Source of the DNA: Akkermansiaceae bacterium | GTDB taxonomy: Bacteria; Verrucomicrobiota; Verrucomicrobiia; Verrucomicrobiales; Akkermansiaceae | Length of the DNA: 64,000 bases | Assembly (NCBI GenBank): GCA_015062055.1 | Contig: SUVK01000001.1 | Span: 40,221-104,220, forward strand | Reading direction: 5' to 3' | Shown: positions 19,112 to 28,995 of the stretch, one piece after another | Layout of the letters: each line of letters starts with the position of its first letter | How positions within the stretch are numbered: the first letter of the stretch is position 1 | Notes under the pieces: model-generated | Told to the model about the DNA's origin: nothing | The model's database searches: none | Seen by the model: only the letters and a program-made list of their open reading frames with translations | Made by a program: the position numbers and the translations under genes

Positions 19112-20383
19112 TTATTTCTTGCGACGCTTGCGCTTGTTTTTCTTCGAGGTGCTTTTTTTCGGCGCCGGTTCTGCTTTGACCTCGGGGGTTTGGGAGACTG
19201 TGGCTGTTTCGGGGGCCGCATTATCTACCGCAGCCGGGATGGCAGAATCGTTCGGCAGAGGGGGCAAATCGGGGTTGAGCGGCTCGGTGGTAATTTCGTG
19301 CGGTTTTTGGCCTTCTTCAAGCTTTTTATATGCCTCCATCGCAGTTTGGGCGTAAGTAAGCATTATTTTGCGAACCCCTTCATCTCGGGATTTGTTGTGA
19401 ACGTCCGCGCAATGTTTCGCTAACGTATACAAATGCTGCATTGCCTTTTGCGAGTCGTTGTTTTGTGTCGCATTATTTGCGGCATCGGCGAGCAATAGTA
19501 TATATTGATTGTGCACCGGTAAGCTGGGCAACATAGTGAGCGGCGTGGCTCGAGTAATTGCCTCTTCATAAAATGTCTGGGCTTCGTTTCTGTTTGTGAG
19601 TGCCACGCATGCGGCATGGTCTCGTAACGTTGCGATGAGGTCGGTAGCAAATGGCACAATCTCCATGCTGACATTTATGCCGGGTTTGAGCTCGGGATAG
19701 GTGGACAAAACTTTTTCATTGAGCTCGCGTCTCAAACTCAGCTGCTCGATGGCCTTTTGCGGCTCTTTTTTATTCAAAAAACACGCAGCCTTGCCTTTGT
19801 AAATGATACTCAGCCATGAAATGTGGACATTATCGGCCTTGTCTTCTTCGGTCATGGCATTAAAATCTGCCAAGGCTCGGTCGTAGTCTGCAAGTGCAGC
19901 GTCCCACGCCCCGAACGAGCAGCGCATGTTTGCTATGACAACGGCCAACCGCGTACGCTCCGGGGTGCCTGCCAATGCCTCTTTTTCTTGCTCGTACTGC
20001 TCGTTGAGTAATCTAAGAACTTCTCGTATCTGCGAGCTGACGGGTGAATTGGGTGCTGCTACGGCAGGGGCGACTTGGTATACCAAAATGTCGTATATTT
20101 GCTCGCGTGTGTCGATGGCTTCCTCTTCTTCTGCTGACTCCTCTTGCGCATCGGCTTCGGGGTTAGCTTGTTCAGCTTTTTCCGGTTCGGGGGAGGGTTG
20201 CTCTGCGACTGCTGGCCCCGCGGAGGGGTGTGGGTGCGTCTCCGTTGTTGTCGCTGCTCCGGTTGTTTCTTGTGGTGCCGATGCGGTTTCTTCGTTACAT
20301 GAGCTCAGCGTTAGTGCTAAAAGCCCGCAGATTATTGATAAGCATGTTTTTTTTGTTAAAACTTCCGTACAACGCAATTTCAT
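19112..20383 (-). CDS. Helical-repeat (TPR-like) lipoprotein
   Basis: Lipobox LSS-C; alpha-helical body; basic tail. Confidence 0.7.
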   Translation of the reverse strand: MKLRCTEVLTKKTCLSIICGLLALTLSSCNEETASAPQETTGAATTTETHPHPSAGPAVAEQPSPEPEKAEQANPEADAQEESAEEEEAIDTREQIYDILVYQVAPAVAAPNSPVSSQIREVLRLLNEQYEQEKEALAGTPERTRLAVVIANMRCSFGAWDAALADYDRALADFNAMTEEDKADNVHISWLSIIYKGKAACFLNKKEPQKAIEQLSLRRELNEKVLSTYPELKPGINVSMEIVPFATDLIATLRDHAACVALTNRNEAQTFYEEAITRATPLTMLPSLPVHNQYILLLADAANNATQNNDSQKAMQHLYTLAKHCADVHNKSRDEGVRKIMLTYAQTAMEAYKKLEEGQKPHEITTEPLNPDLPPLPNDSAIPAAVDNAAPETATVSQTPEVKAEPAPKKSTSKKNKRKRRKK

Positions 20384-20571
20384 ATCTCTTTTATTCTGCC
20401 GATGGAATGCTACTACGTCAAGCCTATTTTGAGTGAGTCGGCAAATTTCAGACGTCTCCGGTCGTTATTTGGGGCTGCTGCGGGTAAAATTTTAAAAAAA
20501 ATGCCATTTTAGCAAGTTTTTGCTTGTCTTTATCCTCCGTATTCGGCTAGAATAAGGAACACCGAAACGTC

Positions 20572-21300
20572 ATGAAACATTTTCCCCTCCTCCAGAATAT
20601 TGCGTTGACCTGCTGCGCAGTCGCTGCTACGTTAGTTGTCAGCTCTTGCAACAGCCCGGTCTCTCCGTCCGCTGCGGCCTTACAGCTTCGCTCCAGCTCT
20701 GCTGTGGCTGTGTATAGCCATAACGACACTTCATCTCCTGTTGTACGAGACGTCGTCAACATGGGGCCCATGCCCGAGCGTGCTGTCCGTGCTTTGGATA
20801 ACTGGCTGCGTCGCTCCACGGTGAAAACTTTCTCTTACGCATACCCGCAATACTACATTGCTATGACCAACCCGAATGGTGCCGAAACCGTATGGGGTAT
20901 CTGCACGGATGGTCAGGGCAACATGACAGGTGTTCATATTCCCCGAGATGGTCGCCCCGCTTGGATGGCTCCGCACACCAGCGAGATGATGATGTATGTA
21001 TACGAGGGCGATGACCGTGCTGCTGTGAGTGCCGCTATTATGGAGACTTTGGCAGATGCCGGTTATGATACATACCGCATCAATACCCGCAAGGCTTCCG
21101 GTCTTGTTGATGAAGATTACCTGCTTTCCAAGCCTCGCTCTGCTGAGGCTCAGCGTGAGTACGACCTCCGCGAGATGGCCAAGCGCCAGAAAGAAGAGAA
21201 GGAAGCTGCCGATGCCGCTGCCGATGATATGGGGGATGACGGTGATTCCGATTCCGACGTGCTCGACGAGGATAGCGATGATCTCGATCTCGACCTCTGA
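20572..21300 (+). CDS. Hypothetical lipoprotein with acidic tail
   Basis: Lipobox VSS-C; promoter TTGTCT-N17-TAGAAT; terminator at 21331-21362. Confidence 0.75.
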   Translation: MKHFPLLQNIALTCCAVAATLVVSSCNSPVSPSAAALQLRSSSAVAVYSHNDTSSPVVRDVVNMGPMPERAVRALDNWLRRSTVKTFSYAYPQYYIAMTNPNGAETVWGICTDGQGNMTGVHIPRDGRPAWMAPHTSEMMMYVYEGDDRAAVSAAIMETLADAGYDTYRINTRKASGLVDEDYLLSKPRSAEAQREYDLREMAKRQKEEKEAADAAADDMGDDGDSDSDVLDEDSDDLDLDL

Positions 21301-21330
21301 TATCACTCCATTCCATTAGTTCTACAATTC

Positions 21331-21362
21331 AAAAGCGCAACCCTATATCGGGTTGCGCTTTT
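21331..21362 (+). terminator. Terminator
   Basis: aaaagcgcaaccc/gggttgcgctttt. Confidence 0.75.
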
Positions 21363-21390
21363 AACTTGATGGTGCGTATTAACTGCGAAC

Positions 21391-21423
21391 AAAAAAAGAG
21401 CTACGCGTTCAACGTAGCTCTTT
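21391..21423 (-). terminator. tRNA-Leu terminator
   Basis: aaagagctacg/cgtagctcttt with a minus-strand T-run. Confidence 0.75.
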
Positions 21424-21428
21424 CGTTA

Positions 21429-21510
<82 letters not shown>

Positions 21511-21679
21511 ATCGGATGTTGCACTTGGTGCGCAGGCAATATACACGATTTTGTTGTGTATTGCAAGCCTTTTTTTGTAAAAAGTAGAGTTTTTTGCAAA
21601 AAAGAACGAGAAAAACGGGTGCCGGCGTGATAATTTTCGGGAATCGCGACTCAAAAGCGGGAGGGGGTGAAACGATGCG

Positions 21680-22294
21680 TCAGCGGACAAAGTGGGTCCA
21701 AGCGCGGGGTTCTTCGAGGGTGGGGTGTGCGGGGCCTTGAGAGATACACTGCATCATCCAGGCCAGGTTTCTACCGAGATTGCGCATGGTTTGGCAACCC
21801 TCGGGGTCCATCTGCACCTCACCGGGGCGCATGCCGTATATCATATTCCAGTAAAACGAGCTGACCAGCGGCTGGTTGTTATAGGTTATGTATTTGTTGA
21901 GGCGGTCGAGCGTGGTAGAGGCGCCGCCACGGCGAGCCACGGCGATGGTAGCGCCGGGTTTGTATGCCAACTTGCTGCCTGCAGAGTAGTACAGGCGGTC
22001 CAGCAGGGCACAGAGGGAGCCGTTGGGGCCGGCAAAATAAGTGGGGCTGCCGATGACAATGGCGTCTATTTCATCCAACTTTTCATAAATGGAGTTGTAG
22101 AGTTCATCTTGCATGCCGCAGCGGCCGGTTTTCAGGCAACGGCGGCAGCCGATGCAACCTTGCACGGCACGAGTGCCCAGCTGAATAATTTCTGCATCTG
22201 CGCCACCGGCGCGAAGGCCTTCTGCAACCATGGTGAGGGCGTGGTATGTATTTCCTTGTGCGTTCGGACTACCGTTAATGAGGAGAGCTTTCAT
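21680..22294 (-). CDS. Flavodoxin-family / iron-sulfur flavoprotein
   Basis: INGSPNAQGNT; CIGCRRCLKTGRC; GSPTYFAG; RRGGAS. Confidence 0.9.
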   Translation of the reverse strand: MKALLINGSPNAQGNTYHALTMVAEGLRAGGADAEIIQLGTRAVQGCIGCRRCLKTGRCGMQDELYNSIYEKLDEIDAIVIGSPTYFAGPNGSLCALLDRLYYSAGSKLAYKPGATIAVARRGGASTTLDRLNKYITYNNQPLVSSFYWNMIYGMRPGEVQMDPEGCQTMRNLGRNLAWMMQCISQGPAHPTLEEPRAWTHFVR

Positions 22295-22374
22295 GATAAT
22301 GTTATTTAACCCATGTATAGATTAGCACGAGGTCCCCCCGACAAGCAAGAAAAATGCTGCGTACGGGTTCAGAA

Positions 22375-22403
22375 TTGACAGGATAGATAGCTTGTAGTAC
22401 AAT
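22375..22403 (+). promoter_or_regulatory. Near-consensus sigma70 promoter
   Basis: TTGACA (22375)-N17-TACAAT (22398), 6 nt before GTG 22410. Confidence 0.75.
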
Positions 22404-22409
22404 GAGCCT

Positions 22410-22685
22410 GTGATGAAGTTTGACCTTATGAAATGCATTTTTGCCGCTACGGTTACGGGGCCGGCATCGTGTACTGATTTGTGTCAAACGGTTGGAGATT
22501 TGGGGGCAGAGTACAGCGGGGTTCAGCCGGTGGATAAGACCACCTACTACCGCCACGGCGGCAAGAGCTATGTAAAAGGGCTGCGTTATGATTACAGACG
22601 CACCTTTGTAGACCATCCGTATGCCATTCGCAAGAGGTGCTGCCGCCTCCTACTGAAACAATCCCGGAAAACTGATTATATATGA
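22410..22685 (+). CDS. Small hypothetical protein
   Basis: Strong promoter upstream and ATGA overlap with rmuC; no recognisable motif. Confidence 0.5.
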   Translation: MMKFDLMKCIFAATVTGPASCTDLCQTVGDLGAEYSGVQPVDKTTYYRHGGKSYVKGLRYDYRRTFVDHPYAIRKRCCRLLLKQSRKTDYI

Positions 22686-24124
22686 TAGCCGTATCCATTA
22701 TTTTATTTATTGTAGGTTGTGTGTTGGGCTTTGTTGTGAACCAACTTGCCGCTACTCGCAAGAATCAAGAAGCCCTTGTTGCTGCGGAGCGTACCGGGGT
22801 GGAGCTTAACATGCTGCAACAACAAAAAGCAGAGGCCGAGCAAAAAGGGCAAGCCTTGCAGGTGCATGCAGACAAAATAGCGGCCGAGCTTACCGTCGCC
22901 CGTACTCAGGCTGTGAGCCTGAGTACTGCGTTGGAGCACGAGAAAGCGCAGCACAATGCTGATAACGCCCGCCTCGACGCCTTGCAAAAGGAGTACGAAA
23001 CCACCCGAAATGAGTTTACAAGTACCTTGGCCGAGCTTGCCCGTTGCAAAACCGAGCTGGAAAAAGAGCGCGAGCAACGTGAATCCGAAGCAAGCAAAAT
23101 CAAGGAAATGCAAGAAAAACACTTTGCGCAGTTCCGCAACCTGGCGGGTGAAATCTTGGAGCAAAATGCCGGCAAGCTCAAAGATACCAATAAGGAGAGC
23201 ATGGACAGCCTGCTCAAACCGCTGCGCGTGCAGCTGGAGAGTCTCGGTAAGGCCGTGACGGCTACCAATGAGACCGCAGCAGGTAATAAAGCTTCGCTCG
23301 AGGCCGCCATCAAAGCCATGATGGAGAAAACGGAAAGCCTCGGCAAAGATGCCGAAAATCTTACCTTGGCCCTGCGCGGTAATACCAAAAAGCAGGGGGA
23401 CTGGGGTGAAATGATTTTGGAGCGCATGTTGGAGGAGTCCGGCTTGCGCAAGGGCGAAGAGTACTATGTGCAAGAGAATCACAAGACGGAAGAGGGAAAA
23501 GACTTGCGCCCCGATGTGGTGATACGTTTCCCCGAAAAACGCTGTGTGATTGTGGACTCCAAGGTTTCTCTTACGGCCTATGCGCATTACTCGGCTGCCG
23601 AAAATGAGCAGGAGCGCTCTCGCTATTTGGAGGCTCACGTGGCCTCCGTGCGCAAACATATAGACGAGTTGGCTGCCAAAGACTACAAAGGCACGGTGGA
23701 GGACACCATCAGCTACGTGCTCATGTTTGTGCCTAACGAGGCCTCGTACATGGCCGCCGTGCAGGCCGCCCCCTCGTTGCCGCTGGATGCCTACCGCAAA
23801 AAGATTGTGCTTATCAGCCCCACCAACTTGCTCATGGCTCTGCAACTGGCTTACAACTTATGGCAAAAGGAGCGTCAAACGCAGAATGTGGAAAAAATCA
23901 TTGACCGTGCTACCAAGCTTTACGACAAGCTTGCCACCGTGCAAGAAAGCCTGGAAAAAGTCGGTAAAGGTATAGATCAAGCTCAAAGTGCCTATTCGCA
24001 GGCCATTACTCAGCTTTTCCATGGCCGTGGCAATTATGCCAAACAGCTTGATGACCTGCGCCAAATGGGCATATCGCCCAACAAACGACTTAAACTGAAT
24101 GAAGAAGATGAGCCGCAAGGTTAA
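22682..24124 (+). CDS. rmuC: DNA recombination protein RmuC
   Basis: N-terminal TM, coiled coil, GDWGEMILE, RPDVVIRFP, VDSKVSLTAY, MFVPNE. Confidence 0.95.
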   Translation: MIAVSIILFIVGCVLGFVVNQLAATRKNQEALVAAERTGVELNMLQQQKAEAEQKGQALQVHADKIAAELTVARTQAVSLSTALEHEKAQHNADNARLDALQKEYETTRNEFTSTLAELARCKTELEKEREQRESEASKIKEMQEKHFAQFRNLAGEILEQNAGKLKDTNKESMDSLLKPLRVQLESLGKAVTATNETAAGNKASLEAAIKAMMEKTESLGKDAENLTLALRGNTKKQGDWGEMILERMLEESGLRKGEEYYVQENHKTEEGKDLRPDVVIRFPEKRCVIVDSKVSLTAYAHYSAAENEQERSRYLEAHVASVRKHIDELAAKDYKGTVEDTISYVLMFVPNEASYMAAVQAAPSLPLDAYRKKIVLISPTNLLMALQLAYNLWQKERQTQNVEKIIDRATKLYDKLATVQESLEKVGKGIDQAQSAYSQAITQLFHGRGNYAKQLDDLRQMGISPNKRLKLNEEDEPQG

Positions 24125-24218
24125 GCTCGCAGCCCTGCTTTCGGCGGCAACCGTGTTCTGCCAAGTGTAAACGGCAGGGGCTATTTGTGTTGTTTGTGGT
24201 CCAAGATGATGCGATGTT

Positions 24219-24803
24219 TTATTCGCTGATGGCAAAGCTCAGGCCACGCAAGGGGGCATGCTCCATTTGCAATCCCCGGGTGAGAGCCCGCAGCAACTCC
24301 AATGAGCCCGCAGCATCGTACAGGGCATCGTGCCAGCGTTTGCCGGGGGCAAGGGCATCCACCTGCGGGGTAATGCGCAGGGCATCGCACACCTTACCTA
24401 AGGAGTGGTCTTTGAGGGTGGGCAGGGCTTTGCGTGCCAGTTGCAGGGTATCGAGCCAGGGGCCGAAGCCGTGGCCGGGGAACGCACTCAGAAAACGAAT
24501 CTCGGTAGCGGGGTTATGCCCTACCACCACACAGCCGGCGAGCAGTTGTTGAATTTGCGGCCACAGCTCGGCAAAGGTAGGGGCGTCTTGCAGCATGGCT
24601 GTGGTAATGCCGTGCACTTTGGCTGCGCTCCAGCATACGGGGCGGGGGCTGTGTATGTAAGAGGTAAAGCACACGGGCTCGGCAAACAGGGACTTGGCGC
24701 GCACAATGCCTATCTGCACGGGGCAATCGGTCTCGCCCGGGGCTGCCCCGGCAGACTCAAAGTCGATGGCGGCAACGGGCAGTTGCGCCAAGGGGGTATC
24801 CAT
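24219..24803 (-). CDS. DEDDh 3'-5' exonuclease (DnaQ-like)
   Basis: AIDFESAG, VGHN, WLDTL, HDALYDA; ATG overlaps the upstream stop (TGATG). Confidence 0.88.
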   Translation of the reverse strand: MDTPLAQLPVAAIDFESAGAAPGETDCPVQIGIVRAKSLFAEPVCFTSYIHSPRPVCWSAAKVHGITTAMLQDAPTFAELWPQIQQLLAGCVVVGHNPATEIRFLSAFPGHGFGPWLDTLQLARKALPTLKDHSLGKVCDALRITPQVDALAPGKRWHDALYDAAGSLELLRALTRGLQMEHAPLRGLSFAISE

Positions 24804-26116
24804 CAACTGCGTACCCATGCTCGTGCTTTCTGAATCTCTTGAGAAAGAGCCTCAAAATCGCAGGTCAGGAACTTGCCGTCGCGGTACAGCTCTTTACCGT
24901 TTACCACCGTTAGGCGGTTTTCCATACCTGTGGCGGCATAAACAATGTTCGACACGATATTGTGCACGGGCTGCATGTTGGGGCTGCTCAGGTCTATGGC
25001 AATAAAGTCTGCTTTCATGCCGGGCTCGAGCGTACCGATTTGCGGGAGGTGCAGGGCATCCGACCCGCCGCGTGTAGCCATATCGAGTGCTGTTTGGGCC
25101 GGGCAGGCGGTGGGCTCTTGCGTGTGTACCTTTTGCAGCAAACTTGCCATGTACATTTCACGGAACATGTTTTGGGCATTGTTGCTGGCGGGGCCATCTG
25201 TGCCAAGGCCTACGGGTATGCGGTAGTCTGCGAAAGTACCGATGGGGGCCACGCCACTGGCCAGTTTCATGTTGCTGGCAGGATTGTGCACCACGGCGCA
25301 GTGAGCTTCTGCCAGCAGCTCCATATCATGCGCATCTGCATGCACTACATGAAAGAATGTGCTGCCGGGTTGCAAAAGCCCGAGGCTGTTGCAGTAGGGG
25401 ATGGGGCGCAGACCGTGCTCTTTCAGGCAGGTGTCTGTCTCGTTCTGCGTTTCGGCCAAATGCATGCCGAAGAGACTCCCGGTTTCTTCGGCCAGAGCAT
25501 AGCATTTTTTAAGCAGGTCGGGGTTGGTGGTGTAGGGGGCATGGGGTACTACTGCCTGGCGAATGAGGGGGTGGCCTTTCCATTCTTCTGCCTGTTGGCG
25601 TACCAAGTCAAAGTAGGCCTCTTGATCTTTGCAGGAGAGTGAGGGGAAGTATTGCGTAACACTCTCACCCAGTACGGCGCGCATGCCCATATCGTGGGCG
25701 GCTTTGAATACGCTGCGCTCCCACATGTACATGTCGTAAAAGGCGGTGGTGCCCGTGCGTATCATCTCTGCCAGGCTGAACCGTGTCCCCAGCTCTACCA
25801 GTTCGGGACTCAGTTTTGCTTCTTGCGGGAAGATGTCCTGTGTCAGCCAATCCATGAGTGCCTTGTCATCGGAGTAGCCGCGCAGCAGGCTCATGGGTAC
25901 ATGCGTGTGGGCGTTGATAAGCCCGGGCATGATGGCGGCGTTGCCTAAGTCTACTCTGCGTGCATCGGGGTATAAAATCTCCAGAATATCGGTGTGCCCC
26001 ACACACAAGATGTGGTCTTCACACACGGCTACGGCCCCTTGCTTTATAATGTCTCGGCCGTCATTTTGGGTAATGACGTAATCAGCCGTATACAGCGTAT
26101 CACAAACGTTTTGCAT
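24803..26116 (-). CDS. mtaD: Amidohydrolase, MTA/SAH deaminase-like
   Basis: PGLINAHTH, PHAPYT, MHLAET, HNPASNMKLASG, GTDGPASNN. Confidence 0.8.
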   Translation of the reverse strand: MQNVCDTLYTADYVITQNDGRDIIKQGAVAVCEDHILCVGHTDILEILYPDARRVDLGNAAIMPGLINAHTHVPMSLLRGYSDDKALMDWLTQDIFPQEAKLSPELVELGTRFSLAEMIRTGTTAFYDMYMWERSVFKAAHDMGMRAVLGESVTQYFPSLSCKDQEAYFDLVRQQAEEWKGHPLIRQAVVPHAPYTTNPDLLKKCYALAEETGSLFGMHLAETQNETDTCLKEHGLRPIPYCNSLGLLQPGSTFFHVVHADAHDMELLAEAHCAVVHNPASNMKLASGVAPIGTFADYRIPVGLGTDGPASNNAQNMFREMYMASLLQKVHTQEPTACPAQTALDMATRGGSDALHLPQIGTLEPGMKADFIAIDLSSPNMQPVHNIVSNIVYAATGMENRLTVVNGKELYRDGKFLTCDFEALSQEIQKARAWVRS

Positions 26117-26126
26117 AGCTTTTTAT

Positions 26127-26738
26127 TCAATACCAGAAGACTACAGCGCATACCAAAATGGCGGCGCCCCATGCGGCCCCTATACCGTTGATGACGCGGT
26201 ATAATATCGGGTGGGCGGTCAGTTTTTCCATTTGGTTACGGAACTCGTAGGGCTTGGCTACCCAATACATGGCCAGCGTAAGCACCGGGTACCACCAGCA
26301 CGGTATCAGCAGTCGCGTTACCGGGTCTTTCAAAAAGGCTGCCGTAAGTGGTACCAGTGCCATCAACAGCAAAAATAAGCCCAGCGCCCGCGGGAACAAG
26401 AGCTCTCTCTTGCGATTATAGTACAACAGAACACCACATACAACCGGGCAGAGTATCAGCAAAAAATCGCGTGCTTTGTTGAAATCAAATAAATTCATCT
26501 GCAGTGGGTTCCAATCTGCATCCAATAGCAGCAGGAAAATCCAGACAAAATCGATTATCAACAATATTTTGGCAGCTTGGGTGTGGGTGGCCGCTTGGCG
26601 TAGTGCGTTTTTGGTAGCCTCGGGGTTCAACAGGGCAAAGCCGTGCAACAGCAGCAGCACCAGGCCCATGATTACTCCTGCCGTGCCCAGGGAAAGTTTT
26701 TCGTATGCGTGCAGATATTGGTCGTATTGGTCGTACAT
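26127..26738 (-). CDS. Hypothetical membrane protein
   Basis: Five to six hydrophobic segments; promoter TTGATA-N17-TAGAAT upstream. Confidence 0.7.
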   Translation of the reverse strand: MYDQYDQYLHAYEKLSLGTAGVIMGLVLLLLHGFALLNPEATKNALRQAATHTQAAKILLIIDFVWIFLLLLDADWNPLQMNLFDFNKARDFLLILCPVVCGVLLYYNRKRELLFPRALGLFLLLMALVPLTAAFLKDPVTRLLIPCWWYPVLTLAMYWVAKPYEFRNQMEKLTAHPILYRVINGIGAAWGAAILVCAVVFWY

Positions 26739-26815
26739 GGTATTAACTGCCGAGCATTCTACCCTCATTAACGCCGCATATCAAGCTAAAAGCAAGTCAG
26801 AATCGCAATTTAGCG

Positions 26816-27619
26816 TTACCTTTGCTTCAAAAACTTAACAACGCCTTTGCCGATGGTGCGTGCATATTTTACCGCGTTGTCGTGTTGGGAGAGAAACTTA
26901 GCGTGCTCGGGGTTAGAGAGGTAAGCTACCTCGGTAATCAGCGCAGGCACGTAAGACTCATTGCAGGCGTTGAGCCAGTCTCCGCCGCCCAGACGCCCGT
27001 TGTTGCGAATGATAATGCCGCAGGGTTGGTTATTATTGGGTAAGCCGTGGTTCAAGAGCTCATCATTCATTACTTCGGCCATGATGGTGGCCATGCGCAC
27101 GCCTGCCTCGTTGCAATAGAAGGCTCCTTTGTTACACACGGTCCACTTAGAAGAGTTGCTGTTGTGGTGCAAGAAGATAACGGCAGCGGGCTTTTGGTCG
27201 AGCGCGTAGTTGGTGCTGAGCATGCCCACGGCCATGCGGTTTGGGTGCTGTTTGGAGCGATATATACCGGTGGGTACGGGAGATTTAACATGGTAAACCC
27301 CGGCTTTTTTGGCAACTGCGGCCAGTTCTTTATCGGTAGGCATATCACCACGGTTGCAGATGATGCATTGGTAGCCGGCTGCCTCAATCTCTTGTTTTAC
27401 GTAAATGGCGTAGCGATACCAAAAGTCCGTCTCTTCGATGACGCCGTATTTGCCATTGGGGGTACGGGCACCTTGCCCGCCGCGCTCCGGGTGGTAATAG
27501 TGGCCTATATCCAACACCACAATGTTGGATTCTCTCGCTTGTCGCTTCATTTGCATTTGATAACACCCGCCCACAAGCAGGGTGAAACAGGCCAACAACA
27601 GGTACAGAAACTTTTGCAT
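26816..27619 (-). CDS. N-acetylmuramoyl-L-alanine amidase (Amidase_3), exported
   Basis: VVLDIGH, E, FLHHNS, ALITEVAYLSN; signal ending GG-C. Confidence 0.85.
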   Translation of the reverse strand: MQKFLYLLLACFTLLVGGCYQMQMKRQARESNIVVLDIGHYYHPERGGQGARTPNGKYGVIEETDFWYRYAIYVKQEIEAAGYQCIICNRGDMPTDKELAAVAKKAGVYHVKSPVPTGIYRSKQHPNRMAVGMLSTNYALDQKPAAVIFLHHNSNSSKWTVCNKGAFYCNEAGVRMATIMAEVMNDELLNHGLPNNNQPCGIIIRNNGRLGGGDWLNACNESYVPALITEVAYLSNPEHAKFLSQHDNAVKYARTIGKGVVKFLKQR

Positions 27620-27634
27620 ACAGTGGGGTGGTGG

Positions 27635-28657
27635 TCAGTTGAGCGGGAGTTCGCCTTGCCCGCCTGTGGGCAGGGCACCTATTTTTTGATACGCGGCAGG
27701 CAGGGCTTCTCGCCCGCGCGGGGTGCGTTTTATGTATCCCTGCATGATGAGGAACGGCTCGTGCACGTCTTCTATGGTAGATTCATCTTCGCCCACGGCC
27801 ACTGCCAGAGATGATAAACCCACCGGGCCTCCGTTGAATTTATAAATCATGGTCTCGAGCAAGCGCTTGTCCATCTCGTCAAGACCATCTTCATCTATAT
27901 CAATCATGCTCAGCGCGGCTTGGGCCACAGCATCGGTGATGCGGCCATCGTGTTTTACTTGGGCGTAGTCGCGCACCCATCGCAACAGGGCGTTGGCTAC
28001 GCGGGGGGTGCCGCGAGAGCGCCCGGCAATGGCCAGTGCCCCGCCGGGGTGCAGGTCTATATCTAACAAACCTGCCGAGCGGTGCAAAATGGCACAGAGC
28101 TCTTGGGCTGAGTAATAATCGAGCCTGTTGACCAGCCCGAATCTGGAGCGCAGCGGCCCGGTGAGCATACCGGCGCGTGTGGTTGCCCCTACCAGCGTGA
28201 ACTTGGGCAGGTTGAGCTGAATACTGCGCGCGTTGGGCCCTTGGTCGATGATGATATCCAGCCGAAAATCCTCCATCGCCGGGTACAGGTACTCCTCGAT
28301 GGCCGGGTGCAGGCGGTGTATCTCATCAATAAACAGCACATCGCCCTTCTCAACGTTGGTGAGAATACCTGCTAAATCGCCCGCCTTTTCAATTTGCGGG
28401 CCGGAGGTAGTGTGCAATTTGTGCCCCACGGCGTTGGCGATAATGTTGGCCAGTGTGGTCTTGCCCAGCCCGGGCGGGCCACTCAGCAACACGTGGTCAA
28501 GTACATCGCCTCGCATACGCGCCGCCTCGACCATGAGCATGAGGCGTTCTTTTACCTTTTCCTGTCCGCAGAATTCACTGAATGCAGGCGGCCTCAGAGA
28601 GAGGTCGAAACTGCCGGAAGGGGCATTGGCCATGCGGCGGTATACGGAGTCTGCCAT
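27635..28657 (-). CDS. ruvB: Holliday junction branch migration helicase RuvB
   Basis: [47 protein letters not shown]. Confidence 0.98.
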   Translation of the reverse strand: MADSVYRRMANAPSGSFDLSLRPPAFSEFCGQEKVKERLMLMVEAARMRGDVLDHVLLSGPPGLGKTTLANIIANAVGHKLHTTSGPQIEKAGDLAGILTNVEKGDVLFIDEIHRLHPAIEEYLYPAMEDFRLDIIIDQGPNARSIQLNLPKFTLVGATTRAGMLTGPLRSRFGLVNRLDYYSAQELCAILHRSAGLLDIDLHPGGALAIAGRSRGTPRVANALLRWVRDYAQVKHDGRITDAVAQAALSMIDIDEDGLDEMDKRLLETMIYKFNGGPVGLSSLAVAVGEDESTIEDVHEPFLIMQGYIKRTPRGREALPAAYQKIGALPTGGQGELPLN

Positions 28658-28668
28658 GGGTGCAACTA

Positions 28669-28848
28669 TTACTTAGCGATTATAACACCGCCGGTGGTGA
28701 TTTCCTCTAGCGGCTGCTGCTGTTGGTTTTGCTGAGTTTGGCAAGAAGAAGTCACAAGAGCTGCTGTGGCTGTGGCCACAACGGCTGCTGCTTTCACGAT
28801 GGCCGGGTATGCCGGCTTTTTCTTGTTTTGGTTGGCTTGTATCTTCAT
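28669..28848 (-). CDS. 59-aa small lipoprotein (not in ORF track)
   Basis: [59 protein letters not shown]; promoter TTGAAA-N17-TACAAT 8 nt upstream; ends 11 nt before ruvB. Confidence 0.75.
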   Translation of the reverse strand: MKIQANQNKKKPAYPAIVKAAAVVATATAALVTSSCQTQQNQQQQPLEEITTGGVIIAK

Positions 28849-28995
28849 AGGCCCCTATTGTAGCATGGGTATGCCCTGTTTTCAATGCTATTATTTGTTC
28901 TATGGCCTTTCTTTTGCTTGTTTTCATGGTATAATTGTAGGAGTATGCGAACTTCCGGCTTGCGTTGAGGGTTTTACTTTGCTAACATGTAGGCA

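Noticed and set aside
28673-28927. 84-aa track ORF MKTSKRKAIEQ
   Set aside because: Runs through the promoter of the better-supported 59-aa lipoprotein frame.
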